Origin: Brenneria roseae subsp. roseae
GTDB taxonomy: Bacteria; Pseudomonadota; Gammaproteobacteria; Enterobacterales; Enterobacteriaceae
Assembly: GCF_003115845.1 (NCBI RefSeq)
Contig: NZ_KZ819023.1
Coordinates: forward strand, 124,920 to 148,919
Reading direction: 5' to 3'
DNA: 24,000 nt
Position numbers and translations under genes: made by a program. This document shows positions 1 to 10,097 of the stretch, one piece after another (within the stretch, counting starts at the first letter, position 1; every line of letters begins with the position of its first letter). The notes beneath the pieces were generated by a model. The model was not told where the DNA came from, did not search any database, and worked only from the letters and a program-made list of their open reading frames with translations.

Positions 1-1004
1 TCGGTCCCTGCGTAACAGTGCCTGCTGCATTGCAGGCACTGGCTTCTAATCCAGGTCTCAGTCTGTTATTAGTTGGCGATCCCGCCGCGATTGCGCCATT
101 ACTTGCCAAAGTCGATTCTGAACGATTATCCCGGTTAGAAATTGTTCCGGCCGAATCGGTTATTGCCAGTGATGCAAAACCGTCGCAGGCTATCCGCGCC
201 AGTCGCGGAACTTCGATGCGTATCGCACTTGAGCTGATTAAAGACGGAAGGGCGCAGGCTTGTGTCAGTGCGGGCAATACCGGCGCGTTGATGGGATTGG
301 CGAAGCTCCTGATCAAACCTCTTGAGGGAATTGAACGTCCGGCGCTGGTTTCCATTTTGCCTCATCAGCAGCATGGCAAAACCGTCGTGTTGGATCTGGG
401 AGCCAACGTTGACTGCGACAGCACGATGCTGGTTCAGTTTGCGGTCATGGGTTCAGTGATGGCGGAAGAGGTGCTTGAACTGGAAAATCCCCGGGTCGCG
501 TTGCTGAATATCGGCGAAGAAGAGAGTAAAGGCCTTAGTAATATCCGCGAGGCGGCAAGCCGATTAAAAAATACACCGTCAATCAACTATATAGGCTATC
601 TTGAAGGCAATGAATTGTTGACAGGAAAGACGGATGTCATGGTTTGCGACGGTTTTGTCGGTAATGTTACGTTGAAGACGATGGAAGGCGTGGTAAGGAT
701 GTTTCTATCGTTGCTGAAGTCCTCCTCTTCCGGTACTGAACACAAGCAAAAACAGTCCTGGTGGTTGAAATGGTTGGGACGTTTGTTACAAAAACGGTTG
801 TCAAAGCGTTTCGGTCATTTGAATCCTGACCAATATAATGGCGCATGTCTGTTAGGATTGCGGGGAACTGTAATCAAAAGCCATGGCGCAGCGAACCAGA
901 GAGCGTTTGCCGTTGCCATTGAACAGGCGATGCAGACGGTACGGCGGCAACTCCCAGAGCGAATTGCTGCCCGTCTAGAAGCTGTATTACCCAAGAGTGA
1001 CTGA
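1..1004 (+). CDS. plsX: Phosphate acyltransferase PlsX (5' end outside the window)
   Basis: The frame is open from the window edge, in phase with nt 3. The track ORF 18..1004 only begins at an internal GTG. The translation ..[52 protein letters not shown] is collinear with E. coli PlsX as I recall it, from about residue 25. It lies directly upstream of fabH, as in the conserved fab cluster. Confidence 0.95.
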   Translation, partial: GPCVTVPAALQALASNPGLSLLLVGDPAAIAPLLAKVDSERLSRLEIVPAESVIASDAKPSQAIRASRGTSMRIALELIKDGRAQACVSAGNTGALMGLAKLLIKPLEGIERPALVSILPHQQHGKTVVLDLGANVDCDSTMLVQFAVMGSVMAEEVLELENPRVALLNIGEEESKGLSNIREAASRLKNTPSINYIGYLEGNELLTGKTDVMVCDGFVGNVTLKTMEGVVRMFLSLLKSSSSGTEHKQKQSWWLKWLGRLLQKRLSKRFGHLNPDQYNGACLLGLRGTVIKSHGAANQRAFAVAIEQAMQTVRRQLPERIAARLEAVLPKSD

Positions 1005-1010
1005 GCGTAC

Positions 1011-1964
1011 ATGTATACAAAAATAATCGGAACGGGCAGCTATTTGCCTGAACAAATCAGGACGAACGCTGATTTAGAGAAGATGGTGGAGACGTCTGAC
1101 GAATGGATCGTTACGCGTACCGGCATTCGTGAACGCCGCATTGCAGCGTCAGATGAAAACGTCGCGACCATGGGATGCCATGCCGCGCAAAAAGCGCTGG
1201 AAATGGCGGGCATTGACAGATCGCAGGTCGGTTTACTGATCGTGGCGACGACGTCATCAAGCTATGCGTTCCCAAGCTCGGCCTGCCAGATTCAACAGTT
1301 GCTCGATATAAAAGATACGATTGCATTTGACCTGGCCGCCGCCTGCGCCGGGTTTACCTATGCGTTAAGCGTGGCCGATCAATATATAAAAAATGGTGCG
1401 GTGGATTATGCCCTGGTTATCGGTTCCGATACCTTGTCCCGCACGCTGGATCCAGAAGATCGCGGTACGATCATTCTGTTTGGCGATGGTGCCGGCGCCG
1501 TGGTATTGGCAGCATCAGAACAGCCGGGCATTTTGTCTACGCATTTGCATGCGGACGGTCGCTACGGTGAGTTGCTGACGTTGCCGCATCAGGATCGTGC
1601 TCATCCGGAGACGCCTGCCTACCTGACAATGTCGGGCAATGAAGTCTTTAAGGTCGCGGTGACTGAATTGGCGCATATTGTTGAAGAAACGTTACAAGCC
1701 TCTCAGTTGGATAAAAGTGAATTGGATTGGCTGGTGCCTCATCAGGCAAATTTGCGTATCATCAGCGCGACTGCAAAAAAATTAGGTATGGGAATGGACA
1801 AAGTGGTTGTGACGCTGGATCGTCATGGCAACACTTCTGCTGCCTCTGTACCATCTGCTTTGGACGAAGCGGTGCGTGACGGGCGTATCAAGCCTGGACA
1901 TCTGGTATTGCTTGAAGCCTTTGGCGGCGGCTTTACCTGGGGTTCTGCATTGGTTCGTTTTTGA
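1011..1964 (+). CDS. fabH: 3-oxoacyl-ACP synthase III (KAS III)
   Basis: 317 aa, the same length as E. coli FabH. The ATG is 7 nt after the plsX stop. It has the active-site Cys context LAAACAGF, plus PHQANLRI and HGNTSAAS motifs. Confidence 0.97.
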   Translation: MYTKIIGTGSYLPEQIRTNADLEKMVETSDEWIVTRTGIRERRIAASDENVATMGCHAAQKALEMAGIDRSQVGLLIVATTSSSYAFPSSACQIQQLLDIKDTIAFDLAAACAGFTYALSVADQYIKNGAVDYALVIGSDTLSRTLDPEDRGTIILFGDGAGAVVLAASEQPGILSTHLHADGRYGELLTLPHQDRAHPETPAYLTMSGNEVFKVAVTELAHIVEETLQASQLDKSELDWLVPHQANLRIISATAKKLGMGMDKVVVTLDRHGNTSAASVPSALDEAVRDGRIKPGHLVLLEAFGGGFTWGSALVRF

Positions 1965-1980
1965 TTAAACAGGATTTTAT

Positions 1981-2910
1981 ATGACGCAATTTGCAATGGT
2001 TTTCCCCGGACAGGGATCTCAGACGGTTGGTATGCTGGCTGAACTGGCGGCAGAATATCCGATTGTTACTGAAACTTTTGCTCAGGCTTCTGACGCCTTA
2101 GGTTATGATTTGTGGCAGCTTACCCAGCAAGGGCCTGTTGAGGAGTTGAATAAAACCTGGCAGACCCAGCCGGCGTTGCTGACGGCATCTGTGGCGATCT
2201 GGCGTGTTTGGCAGCAGCAGGGCGGTAAACAGCCTGCGTTGATGTCAGGCCATAGCCTGGGCGAATATTCCGCTCTGGTCTGTGCCGGTGTGCTGGATTT
2301 CCAACAGGCAGTCCGCCTGGTCGAATTGCGTGGTAAACTCATGCAGGAAGCGGTGCCTGAAGGTACGGGGGCAATGTATGCGATCATTGGTCTTGATAAT
2401 GATGCTATCGCCAAAGCGTGTGAGGAGTCCGCGCAGGGGCAGGTTGTTTCACCCGTAAACTTCAATTCTCCCGGACAGGTTGTTATTGCCGGTAACAAAG
2501 AAGCGGTAGAACGAGCGGGTGCGGCTTGTAAAGCGGCAGGCGCCAAACGTGCATTGCCGTTGCCTGTCAGCGTACCATCACACTGTGCATTGATGGAGCC
2601 GGCGGCACAAAAACTGGCTGCCGCGCTTGAGTCTATTGATTTCCAGACACCGTCAATCCCCGTCGTCAATAATGTTGACGCGCGTATTGAAACGTCGCCG
2701 GAAGCGATCCGCAGTGCGCTGGTGCGTCAACTCCACTGCCCGGTCCGCTGGACCGAATGTGTCGAGCTGATGTCATCTCAAGGTGTCGGGTTACTGCTGG
2801 AAGTCGGGCCTGGAAAAGTTCTGACTGGTTTAACCAAACGAATCGTCGATACCCTGACAGCCGCCGCGGTGAACGATCCTGCCTCTCTGTCAGCGGCGCT
2901 TGAGAAATAA
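1981..2910 (+). CDS. fabD: Malonyl-CoA:ACP transacylase
   Basis: 309 aa, collinear with E. coli FabD. It carries the nucleophile motif GHSLGEYSAL and the N-terminal FPGQGSQ motif. Confidence 0.97.
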   Translation: MTQFAMVFPGQGSQTVGMLAELAAEYPIVTETFAQASDALGYDLWQLTQQGPVEELNKTWQTQPALLTASVAIWRVWQQQGGKQPALMSGHSLGEYSALVCAGVLDFQQAVRLVELRGKLMQEAVPEGTGAMYAIIGLDNDAIAKACEESAQGQVVSPVNFNSPGQVVIAGNKEAVERAGAACKAAGAKRALPLPVSVPSHCALMEPAAQKLAAALESIDFQTPSIPVVNNVDARIETSPEAIRSALVRQLHCPVRWTECVELMSSQGVGLLLEVGPGKVLTGLTKRIVDTLTAAAVNDPASLSAALEK

Positions 2911-2924
2911 GAACGGAGAAAACA

Positions 2925-3659
2925 ATGAGTTTTGAGGGAAAAATTGCACTGGTTACCGGCGCAAGCCGAGGCATCGGCCGTGCGATAGCTGAGACACTGG
3001 TTGCCCGGGGCGCAAAAGTCATTGGGACCGCAACCAGCGAAAAAGGCGCGGAAGCGATCAGCGCGTGGCTGGGAGAAAACGGTAAAGGTTATATACTGAA
3101 TGTCGCTGATGTGGCGTCAGTCGATAAAGCGTTGGCGGATATTCGTGCTGAATTCGGCGAAATTGACATTTTGATCAATAACGCCGGGATTACCCGCGAT
3201 AATCTGTTAATGCGCATGAAAGAAGACGAATGGCAGGATATTCTGGATACGAATTTGACATCCGTGTTCCGACTGTCCAAGGCTGTAATGCGCGCTATGA
3301 TGAAAAAACGGTTTGGCCGTATCATTACTATCGGGTCTGTTGTCGGCACGATGGGCAATGCCGGACAGGCAAACTACGCGGCGGCGAAGGCTGGACTGAT
3401 TGGTTTCAGTAAATCCCTCGCACGTGAAGTGGCTTCCCGTGGTATTACGGTCAACGTTGTTGCGCCGGGTTTTATTGAAACAGATATGACTCAGGCGTTG
3501 ACAGAAGAACAGCGAGCAGGCATTTTGAACCAGGTTCCAGCTAATCGGCTTGGTGATGCTAAAGAAATCGCCAGTGCTGTTGCATTTTTAGCCTCTGACG
3601 AGGCAGGTTACATTACCGGCGAAACATTACATGTCAATGGCGGCATGTATATGATCTAA
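2925..3659 (+). CDS. fabG: 3-oxoacyl-ACP reductase (SDR family)
   Basis: 244 aa. It has the Rossmann motif TGASRGIGRA, NNAG, and the catalytic Y-x3-K (YAAAKAG). Position and length match E. coli FabG. Confidence 0.97.
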   Translation: MSFEGKIALVTGASRGIGRAIAETLVARGAKVIGTATSEKGAEAISAWLGENGKGYILNVADVASVDKALADIRAEFGEIDILINNAGITRDNLLMRMKEDEWQDILDTNLTSVFRLSKAVMRAMMKKRFGRIITIGSVVGTMGNAGQANYAAAKAGLIGFSKSLAREVASRGITVNVVAPGFIETDMTQALTEEQRAGILNQVPANRLGDAKEIASAVAFLASDEAGYITGETLHVNGGMYMI

Positions 3660-3683
3660 AAAGCACGAAAACTATTTGCGTTA

Positions 3684-3703
3684 TTTGCGGTGATGACCGC
3701 AAA
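3684..3703 (+). other. Stem-loop in the fabG-acpP spacer (no U-tract; function unassigned)
   Basis: TTTGCGGT-GATG-ACCGCAAA forms a perfect 8-bp stem with a 4-nt loop, 25 nt after the fabG stop. No T-run follows, so it is not a classic intrinsic terminator. I recall a near-identical element in the E. coli spacer. Confidence 0.4.
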
Positions 3704-3737
3704 ATAGCACAAAATCGTGGTTCGACCAGCCGGGATT

Positions 3738-3768
3738 TTGTTGCATCTTTTTCAACATTTTATACACT
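3738..3768 (+). promoter_or_regulatory. Putative acpP promoter
   Basis: Two readings fit: TTGTTG (3738-3743), 17 nt, TATACA (3761-3766); or TTGCAT (3741-3746), 16 nt, TACACT (3763-3768). The site is about 50 nt upstream of the acpP ATG. The region closely resembles the E. coli acpP upstream sequence as I remember it. The exact hexamers are uncertain. Confidence 0.3.
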
Positions 3769-3813
3769 ACGAAAACCATCGCGAAAGCGAGTTTTGATAG
3801 GAAATTTAAGAGT

Positions 3814-4050
3814 ATGAGCACTATCGAAGAACGCGTTAAGAAAATCATCGTTGAACAGCTTGGTGTTAAGCAGGAAGAAGTCGTAAACAATGCTTCTTTC
3901 GTTGACGACCTCGGCGCTGATTCTCTTGACACTGTTGAGCTGGTAATGGCCCTGGAAGAAGAATTTGATACTGAGATTCCAGATGAAGAAGCCGAAAAAA
4001 TCACGACTGTTCAGGCAGCCATCGATTTCATTCAGGCTAACCAGCAGTAA
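3814..4050 (+). CDS. acpP: Acyl carrier protein
   Basis: 78 aa. It begins [18 protein letters not shown] and has the phosphopantetheine attachment site [12 protein letters not shown]. It is essentially identical to E. coli ACP. Confidence 0.98.
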   Translation: MSTIEERVKKIIVEQLGVKQEEVVNNASFVDDLGADSLDTVELVMALEEEFDTEIPDEEAEKITTVQAAIDFIQANQQ

Positions 4051-4061
4051 GCGAACATATC

Positions 4062-4091
4062 TAGGCGGTCATTCGACCGCCTAAGTTTTTT
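4062..4091 (+). terminator. Intrinsic terminator/attenuator after acpP
   Basis: TAGGCGGTC-ATTC-GACCGCCTA forms a 9-bp stem, followed by AG and then T6 (4086-4091). It sits between acpP and fabF, where partial termination is known in E. coli. Confidence 0.65.
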
Positions 4092-4131
4092 GTCCCGCAG
4101 TGTCATATTTTTCCCTCCCTGGAGGACAAGC

Positions 4132-5373
4132 GTGTCTAAGCGTCGAGTAGTTGTGACCGGACTGGGCATGTTATCTCCTGTCGGCAATACAGTTGAGTCT
4201 ACCTGGAGTGCTCTTCTTGCCGGTCAGAGTGGCATCAGCCTGATCGACCATTTCGATACTAGTGCCTACGCAACGCGTTTTGCTGGCTTAGTAAAGGATT
4301 TTGATAGTGAAGAATTCATTTCGCGTAAAGAAGCACGCAAAATGGATGCCTTTATCCAATACGGGATCGCGGCGGGTATTCAGGCCGTAAAAGATTCCGG
4401 TATTGAAGTAACGGCAGAAAATGCACCGCGTATCGGTGCGGCGATTGGTTCCGGCATTGGTGGCCTGGGTCTTATTGAAGAGAACCATAGCTCCCTGGTG
4501 AACGGCGGCCCTCGTAAAATCAGTCCGTTCTTCGTGCCTTCAACCATCGTGAATATGGTTGCCGGGCATCTTACCATTATGTACGGCTTGCGCGGTCCGA
4601 GTATTTCGATCGCCACGGCTTGTACGTCTGGTGTTCATAATATCGGCCATGCCGCGCGTATCATTGCTTACAATGATGCTGACGTCATGTTGGCGGGTGG
4701 GGCGGAAAAAGCCAGTACGCCATTGGGCGTGGGGGGGTTTGGCGCCGCGCGCGCATTATCAACCCGCAACGACAACCCGCAGGCCGCAAGCCGTCCATGG
4801 GATAAAGACCGTGATGGTTTTGTGCTGGGCGACGGTGCCGGTATGGTGGTGCTGGAAGAATATGAGCACGCCAAAAAACGCGGCGCTAAAATCTATGCGG
4901 AGGTGGTCGGCTTTGGTATGAGCAGCGATGCCTACCATATGACGTCTCCGCCGGGAAATGGCGCCGGAGCCGCGCTGGCGATGGAAAACGCACTGCGTGA
5001 CGCAGGGGTATCCACCACTCAGATTGGCTATATCAACGCGCACGGTACTTCTACGTCTGCCGGTGATAAAGCTGAAACTCAGGCCGTCAAGTCTGTGTTT
5101 GGGGCGGATGCCAATCGCGTATTAGTCAGTTCGACAAAATCGATGACCGGTCACTTATTGGGTGCCGCAGGGGCAGTTGAATCTATTTTCAGTATTCTGG
5201 CACTGCGCGATCAGTCTGTACCGCCAACGATCAATCTGGATAATCCGGATGAAGGTTGCGATCTTGATTTTGTGCCTCATGAAGCGCGTCAGGTCAGCAA
5301 TATGGAATATACGTTGTGTAACTCTTTTGGTTTCGGCGGAACAAACGGTTCACTGATATTCCGTAAGGTTTGA
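4132..5373 (+). CDS. fabF: 3-oxoacyl-ACP synthase II (KAS II)
   Basis: The track ORF starts at 4090, but homology begins at GTG 4132: [19 protein letters not shown] against E. coli [19 protein letters not shown]. The GTG is 5 nt after GGAGGA (4121-4126). That start gives 413 aa, as in E. coli. It has the active-site motifs ACTSG, HGTST and GHLLGAAG. Confidence 0.95.
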   Translation: MSKRRVVVTGLGMLSPVGNTVESTWSALLAGQSGISLIDHFDTSAYATRFAGLVKDFDSEEFISRKEARKMDAFIQYGIAAGIQAVKDSGIEVTAENAPRIGAAIGSGIGGLGLIEENHSSLVNGGPRKISPFFVPSTIVNMVAGHLTIMYGLRGPSISIATACTSGVHNIGHAARIIAYNDADVMLAGGAEKASTPLGVGGFGAARALSTRNDNPQAASRPWDKDRDGFVLGDGAGMVVLEEYEHAKKRGAKIYAEVVGFGMSSDAYHMTSPPGNGAGAALAMENALRDAGVSTTQIGYINAHGTSTSAGDKAETQAVKSVFGADANRVLVSSTKSMTGHLLGAAGAVESIFSILALRDQSVPPTINLDNPDEGCDLDFVPHEARQVSNMEYTLCNSFGFGGTNGSLIFRKV

Positions 5374-5390
5374 TCATTGCTCTTTATTAA

Positions 5391-5416
5391 AAAAACCCGG
5401 TTTCCGGGTTTTTTTA
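5391..5416. terminator. Bidirectional-type intrinsic terminator after fabF
   Basis: AAAAACCCGG-TTT-CCGGGTTTTT is a perfect inverted repeat, with an A-run on its 5' side and T7 on its 3' side. It starts 18 nt after the fabF stop. Confidence 0.8.
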
Positions 5417-5482
5417 TGGCCGCTTGCCTGGCGGTTTGGTTTACTGACAAGCTGACGACTCTTGGCTGAAAGGAAAAGAGGC

Positions 5483-6280
5483 ATGTATTGGATAAATGGT
5501 CAACAGCAGGACATGCTATCGGTTTCGGACCGTGCTACCCAGTTCGGCGATGGCTGTTTTACCACCGCCAGAGTGGGGCATGGTCAAATTATCTGGCTTG
5601 ATCGCCATATCATTCGTTTGCAGCAAGCGGCCGAACGTCTGATATTACCGCCGATTGACTGGACGCAACTGACGGAAGAAATGAAACTGGCGGCTCAGGG
5701 GCGTCAGCAGGGCGTGGTAAAAGTTATGTTAACGCGAGGTCAGGGAGGCAGGGGCTACAGCAGCCAGGGCTGTGGGCAGGCGACACGTATTGTCATGCAG
5801 GCTGATTATCCCGCGCATTATGTTCGCTGGCGTGAACAGGGTATTCGTTTGAACCTGAGTCCGGTGGCGCTGGCTAAAAATCCACTGCTGGCGGGCATCA
5901 AGCACCTTAATCGTCTGGAACAGGTTTTGATTCGTGCGCATCTGGATCAGACGCCTGCCGATGAGGCTTTGGTGCTTGATACCGCCGGCGCGCTGGTGGA
6001 ATGCTGTGCGGCTAATCTATTCTGGCGTAAGGGGAATCAGGTTTATACGCCGGATCTATCCTACGCCGGTGTCGATGGCGTTGCCCGGCGGCATATCCTT
6101 TCGCTATTGGACGATACTGATTTTGACGTCCACATTGTCGCTGAACCGCTAACCGCGCTCGCCCAGGCCGACGAGGTTTTAGTCTGTAACGCATTGATGC
6201 CTGTTATCCCCGTAAACCAGGCTCACGTCTGGTGTTATCGCTCCAGAGATTTGTATCGGTTTCTGAGCCCTAACTGTTAG
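5483..6280 (+). CDS. pabC: Aminodeoxychorismate lyase
   Basis: Homology starts at ATG 5483 (MYWINGQ; E. coli MFLINGH), preceded by AGGAAAAGAGG. The motifs include SVSDRATQFGDGCFTT, GIKHLNRLEQVLIR and ECCAANLFWRKGN. The track start (TTG 5462) adds 7 non-conserved residues. Confidence 0.9.
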   Translation: MYWINGQQQDMLSVSDRATQFGDGCFTTARVGHGQIIWLDRHIIRLQQAAERLILPPIDWTQLTEEMKLAAQGRQQGVVKVMLTRGQGGRGYSSQGCGQATRIVMQADYPAHYVRWREQGIRLNLSPVALAKNPLLAGIKHLNRLEQVLIRAHLDQTPADEALVLDTAGALVECCAANLFWRKGNQVYTPDLSYAGVDGVARRHILSLLDDTDFDVHIVAEPLTALAQADEVLVCNALMPVIPVNQAHVWCYRSRDLYRFLSPNC

Positions 6281-6294
6281 TCGATGGTTGATTT

Positions 6295-7314
6295 ATGAAG
6301 AGAAAGAAGATTGGTGTTCTGATTGTCGCTTTACTGTTGTTAGCGAGTCTGCTTCTGTGGCAGAAACTACAGCAGTTCGCCAGTTCGCCACTCGCGATTG
6401 AGCAAGAAACGATTTTTACGCTGCCCCCTGGCACAGGGCGTGAAGGTTTGGAAGCGTTATTGCTGGATCAGAAGATTATTACCGAAGGGACGTTCTTTCC
6501 CTGGTTGCTGCGTGCTGAACCGGAACTGGCCAAGTTTAAAGCGGGAACATATCGTTTCACCACCGGTATGACCGTCCGCGAGATGCTGGCATTATTATCC
6601 AGCGGGAAGGAAGCGCAATTTTCTATCCGCTTTGTTGAGGGTTCACGCCTGAGAGATTGGCTCGAAACATTGCGTCAGTCACCCTATATTAAACATGTGC
6701 TGGTGGATAAGAGTGTGCAGGAGATTGCGGCGGAGCTGGATATAAAAGATAAATCCAACCCGGAAGGGTGGTTTTATCCAGACACGTATCTGTATACCGC
6801 GAATACAACCGATCTGTCTCTGTTGCAACGGGCTTACCTGCGGATGCAGAAAACAGTCGATGACGTATGGAAAGGGAAAGCAGACGGATTACCTTACAAG
6901 ACGCCGGATGAGTTGCTTACCATGGCATCTATTATTGAGAAAGAGACGGCCGTCAGCGAAGAGCGTCCCCAGGTAGCGTCTGTGTTTGTTAACCGGCTGC
7001 GTGTCGGCATGCGTTTACAAACCGACCCAACGGTTATTTATGGCATGGGAGAAGAGTACACTGGCGTGATTACCCGTAAGGCGCTGGATACGCCGACGCC
7101 TTACAATACTTATATCATCTCTGGCTTGCCGCCAACGCCAATTGCCATGCCGGGTAAAGCGTCGTTGGATGCAGCAGCGCACCCGGCTAAAACGTCATAT
7201 CTCTATTTTGTGGCTGACGGTAAAGGCGGGCACAGTTTTACCACTAACCTTGCAGATCATAATCGTGCTGTAAGGGTATACCGCTCAGTGTTGAAGGAAC
7301 GGGATGAACAGTAA
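6295..7314 (+). CDS. mltG: Endolytic murein transglycosylase MltG (YceG)
   Basis: 339 aa. It has an N-terminal membrane anchor ([19 protein letters not shown]) and the YceG-like motifs [23 protein letters not shown] and [11 protein letters not shown]. It follows pabC, as in E. coli. Confidence 0.93.
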   Translation: MKRKKIGVLIVALLLLASLLLWQKLQQFASSPLAIEQETIFTLPPGTGREGLEALLLDQKIITEGTFFPWLLRAEPELAKFKAGTYRFTTGMTVREMLALLSSGKEAQFSIRFVEGSRLRDWLETLRQSPYIKHVLVDKSVQEIAAELDIKDKSNPEGWFYPDTYLYTANTTDLSLLQRAYLRMQKTVDDVWKGKADGLPYKTPDELLTMASIIEKETAVSEERPQVASVFVNRLRVGMRLQTDPTVIYGMGEEYTGVITRKALDTPTPYNTYIISGLPPTPIAMPGKASLDAAAHPAKTSYLYFVADGKGGHSFTTNLADHNRAVRVYRSVLKERDEQ

Positions 7315-7984
7315 ATTTATCGTTATTGAAGGTTTGGAAGGCGCGGGGAAAACAACGGCGCGTAATGTTGTTGTCGAGACGCTGCGGGCATATGGCGTTC
7401 AGGATGTTATTTTTACGCGTGAGCCCGGCGGTACGCCGCTGGCTGAGAAGCTGCGGGAATTGATCAAACAGGGCATGGCGAATGAAAAGGTGACGGACAA
7501 AGCGGAAGTGCTGATGTTGTATGCCGCCAGAGTACAATTGGTCGATAACGTTATTAAACCTGCGCTGGCCAATGGTCAGTGGGTGATTGGCGATCGGCAC
7601 GATCTCTCCTCACAGGCTTATCAGGGGGGAGGCCGGGGTATCGATCAACAGCTGTTGTTGTCACTGCGTGATACCGTGCTGGGAGATTTTCGTCCCGACC
7701 TGACCCTCTATCTTGATTTGCCTCCCGCCATCGGATTGCAGCGCGCGCGCGCGCGCGGCGAGCTGGATCGTATTGAGCAGGAATCTTTGGCGTTTTTTGA
7801 ACGTACCCGCGCTCGTTATCAGGCGTTGGCGGCGGCAGATCGTACCATTGTCACCATTGATGCATCCCAGTCGCTGGAACATGTCAGTGCGCAGATTCAG
7901 GCAACGCTGCGGGAATGGCTGCAACAGCAGGGATTACATCAGCAGGATGCGCAGGCTGTTGCTTTTTCTCAGGATCGTGACTAA
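7304..7984 (+). CDS. tmk: Thymidylate kinase
   Basis: 226 aa. It has the P-loop [10 protein letters not shown], plus [16 protein letters not shown] and ELDRIEQE. The ATG overlaps the mltG end by 11 nt. It is about 13 residues longer at the C-terminus than the 213-aa E. coli enzyme, with a Gln-rich tail. Confidence 0.95.
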   Translation: MNSKFIVIEGLEGAGKTTARNVVVETLRAYGVQDVIFTREPGGTPLAEKLRELIKQGMANEKVTDKAEVLMLYAARVQLVDNVIKPALANGQWVIGDRHDLSSQAYQGGGRGIDQQLLLSLRDTVLGDFRPDLTLYLDLPPAIGLQRARARGELDRIEQESLAFFERTRARYQALAAADRTIVTIDASQSLEHVSAQIQATLREWLQQQGLHQQDAQAVAFSQDRD

Positions 7985-8997
7985 TGGATTGGTATCCCTG
8001 GCTTAACGCGCCATACCGCCAGTTGATTGCGCAATATCAGGCGGGTAGAGGTCATCATGCCATTTTATTGCATGCGTTACCCGGCATGGGGGATGACTCG
8101 CTGGTTTATGCGTTAAGCCGTTGGCTGATGTGCCAGCATCCCGACGGCATAAAAAGCTGCGGCAAGTGCCACGCCTGTAATTTGATGGTGGCGGGTACTC
8201 ATCCGGACTGGTATACGCTCACCCCTGAAAAAGGGAAGCAGAGTCTGGGGATTGACGCAGTGCGGAGTGTGCTGGATAAGCTTTACCAGCATTCACGGCA
8301 GGGCGGAGCCAAGGTGATTTGGTTGCCGTCTGCTGAGCTTTTGACGGAAGCGGCGGCCAATGCCTTACTGAAGACGTTGGAAGAGCCACCGCAGCGTACC
8401 TATTTTCTGTTTGGCTGCCGTGAACCCTCACGTCTGCTGGCGACGATGCGGAGCCGCTGTTTGTATCAGTATCTGCATGTTCCGGACGAAACGCAGAGTT
8501 TACTGTGGTTAAACGCGCGTCATCGTCATGATACACAGGCGATACGAACGGCACTGAGGCTACAGGCGGGGGCGCCGCTGGCTGCGGAGATACTGTTGCA
8601 ACCGGAGCGCTGGAAACAGCGTAACGCATTGTGTCAGGGATTACTTGCTTCACTGACTTCGCACGATCTGCTCTCATTAATCCCACAGCTTAATCATGAT
8701 GATGTCGATGAGCGTATTCACTGGCTGACGTCGCTACTGTTGGATGCGATTAAGCGGCAGCAAGGCGTGGACGAACATCGGGTTAATCAGGATCAGGCGC
8801 TGCTGGTTGAACGTTTAGCGCATGCATTTGCAAATGCCCAATTACAGTATGAGCTGCGCCAATGGCTGGTTTGCCGGCAAAAATTATTGATGGTGACCGG
8901 CGTTAACCGCGAACTGCTGTTAACGGAACGGTTGCTTGATGCCGAACAGAGCCTGTCCGCCACGGTTCAGCGGCACTTTCATCCATTCTCTGCTTAA
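7984..8997 (+). CDS. holB: DNA polymerase III delta-prime subunit
   Basis: 337 aa. It begins MDWYPWL and has HHAILLHALPGMGDD, the zinc module CGKCHACNLMVAGTHPD, and the SRC motif (MRSRC). Its ATG shares an A with the tmk stop (TAATG), implying translational coupling. Confidence 0.93.
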   Translation: MDWYPWLNAPYRQLIAQYQAGRGHHAILLHALPGMGDDSLVYALSRWLMCQHPDGIKSCGKCHACNLMVAGTHPDWYTLTPEKGKQSLGIDAVRSVLDKLYQHSRQGGAKVIWLPSAELLTEAAANALLKTLEEPPQRTYFLFGCREPSRLLATMRSRCLYQYLHVPDETQSLLWLNARHRHDTQAIRTALRLQAGAPLAAEILLQPERWKQRNALCQGLLASLTSHDLLSLIPQLNHDDVDERIHWLTSLLLDAIKRQQGVDEHRVNQDQALLVERLAHAFANAQLQYELRQWLVCRQKLLMVTGVNRELLLTERLLDAEQSLSATVQRHFHPFSA

Positions 8998-9016
8998 TCA
9001 ATTTTGAGTAAATATC

Positions 9017-9814
9017 ATGTTGTTAGTTGATTCCCACTGTCATCTTGATGGTCTGGATTATCAGACGTTACATAAAGACGTGTCTGACGTTCTGGATAAG
9101 GCAAAACGCCGCGATGTCGGCTTCATTCTGGCCGTAGCGACTACGTTACCGGGCTTTCGAGCCATGACGGAACAGATCGGTGAGCGAGATAATGTGGCGT
9201 TTTCCTGTGGCGTTCATCCGCTCAATCAGGATAAGCCCTATGATTATGCCGAACTTCGCCAACTGGCCGCTGCCAGTCAGGTAGTGGCAATGGGGGAAAC
9301 AGGGCTGGATTATTATTACCAGCAGGAAACCAAAGTGCAGCAGCAGGAATCTTTCCGCGAGCATATTCGTATTGGCAATGACTTGAATAAACCGGTCATC
9401 GTACATACGCGTGCGGCGAGGGAAGATACCATTACCATTCTGAAGGAAGAGCGGGTAGAGAAATGCGGCGGCGTGCTGCATTGTTTTACCGAAGATCTGT
9501 CCACAGCCAAAACGCTGTTGGACATGGGATTTTATATTTCCTTTTCCGGTATTATCACGTTCCGTAATGCGGAAGAATTACGTGATGTTGCGCGCTATGT
9601 GCCGCTGGATCGTATGCTGATTGAAACAGATTCCCCCTGGTTGGCGCCGGTTCCTTTCCGGGGACAGGAAAACCAGCCTGCCTATGTTCGTGATGTGGCC
9701 GAATATTTATCGGTCCTGAAAGGGACGACGCTGGAAAATCTGGCCGCCGCCACGACGGATAATTTCTCCCGCCTGTTCCATATCGATCCTGCGCGGTTGA
9801 CCCCTATTCGGTAG
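9017..9814 (+). CDS. ycfH: TatD-family metal-dependent hydrolase YcfH
   Basis: 265 aa. It has the TatD-fold ligand motifs DSHCHLD, GETGLDY, VIVHTR, HCF and ETDSPWL. Its position between holB and ptsG matches E. coli. Confidence 0.9.
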   Translation: MLLVDSHCHLDGLDYQTLHKDVSDVLDKAKRRDVGFILAVATTLPGFRAMTEQIGERDNVAFSCGVHPLNQDKPYDYAELRQLAAASQVVAMGETGLDYYYQQETKVQQQESFREHIRIGNDLNKPVIVHTRAAREDTITILKEERVEKCGGVLHCFTEDLSTAKTLLDMGFYISFSGIITFRNAEELRDVARYVPLDRMLIETDSPWLAPVPFRGQENQPAYVRDVAEYLSVLKGTTLENLAAATTDNFSRLFHIDPARLTPIR

Positions 9815-9841
9815 TGGTTGAGAATAGCCGAGTTTTTTTTA
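9804..9841 (+). terminator. Possible intrinsic terminator overlapping the ycfH stop
   Basis: CTATTC (9804-9809) pairs with GAATAG (9822-9827) across a 12-nt loop. CCGAG and T8 (9833-9840) follow. The stem is short, so support is moderate. Confidence 0.45.
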
Positions 9842-9970
9842 TCTGTGTAATTAATAGTGACTCATAGCGATCCTGACCTGGTGATTCCTCGTCAGGAATG
9901 TCTGTTTTTTAGCGATATATCACAAATGAGCTTAATTTATGCGCTAACTCGACTTGTCGGCTCATGGAAA

Positions 9971-9986
9971 CGTGATAGCTATCAAA
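9971..9986. promoter_or_regulatory. CRP-like site upstream of ptsG
   Basis: cGTGA-TAGCTA-TCAaA matches TGTGA-N6-TCACA at 8 of 10 positions with correct spacing. It is centred about 40 nt upstream of the expected ptsG P1 start. ptsG is known to be CRP-activated in E. coli. Confidence 0.4.
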
Positions 9987-10000
9987 CATTGAGGAGCCTA

Positions 10001-10028
10001 TTTATTTTACTCTGCGTAAAAATTAAAA
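10001..10028. promoter_or_regulatory. Mlc (NagC-family) operator-like palindrome at the ptsG promoter
   Basis: The sequence TTTATTTTAC-TCTGC-GTAAAAATTAAA has perfect inner arms TTTTAC/GTAAAA and AT-rich flanks. It is very similar to the E. coli ptsG P1 Mlc site as I recall it (TTATTTTACTCTGTGTAATAAATAAA). Confidence 0.5.
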
Positions 10029-10097
10029 GGGGGCTAAGACTCCCCGAAATGCAAAGGGTCATCTCCCCACCTTTGCCTATATGAAGTAACAGCATCA

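Noticed and set aside
2103-2669. 188-aa - strand ORF inside fabD. The same applies to 2666-3022 inside fabD/fabG, 8219-8686 inside holB, 14717-15070 inside hinT, 18086-18586 inside ycfP and 19682-20083 inside ndh.
   Set aside because: All are antisense shadows of strongly supported conserved genes, with Cys/Arg/Ala-rich or otherwise non-protein-like translations. Long antisense ORFs are expected in ~50-55% GC coding DNA.
4090-4131. N-terminal extensions implied by the ORF track (longest-ORF starts) for several genes:
- fabF at 4090
- pabC at 5462
- the PAS-GGDEF-EAL gene at 11924
- ycfL at 15073
- thiK at 16031
- ycfP at 18059
- ycfJ at 20624
   Set aside because: In each case homology to the E. 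coli protein begins at a downstream ATG or GTG with a properly spaced SD, and the resulting length matches the orthologue. The upstream codons are non-conserved and often overlap terminators or the preceding gene.
7741-7757. A 17-nt perfectly alternating GC run, (GC)8G, inside tmk. I considered it as a Z-DNA-prone or slippage-prone phase-variation tract.
   Set aside because: It is simply the codon string CGC GCG CGC GCG CGC for the conserved R-A-R-A-R of thymidylate kinase (..[15 protein letters not shown]). A dinucleotide slip would destroy an essential gene, so a regulatory role is implausible.
9857-10084. 75-aa + strand ORF (GTG start) between ycfH and ptsG.
   Set aside because: It spans the ptsG promoter, the CRP-like site, the Mlc operator and the 5' UTR, which are conserved as non-coding DNA in E. 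coli. It has no SD and uses an unusual start.
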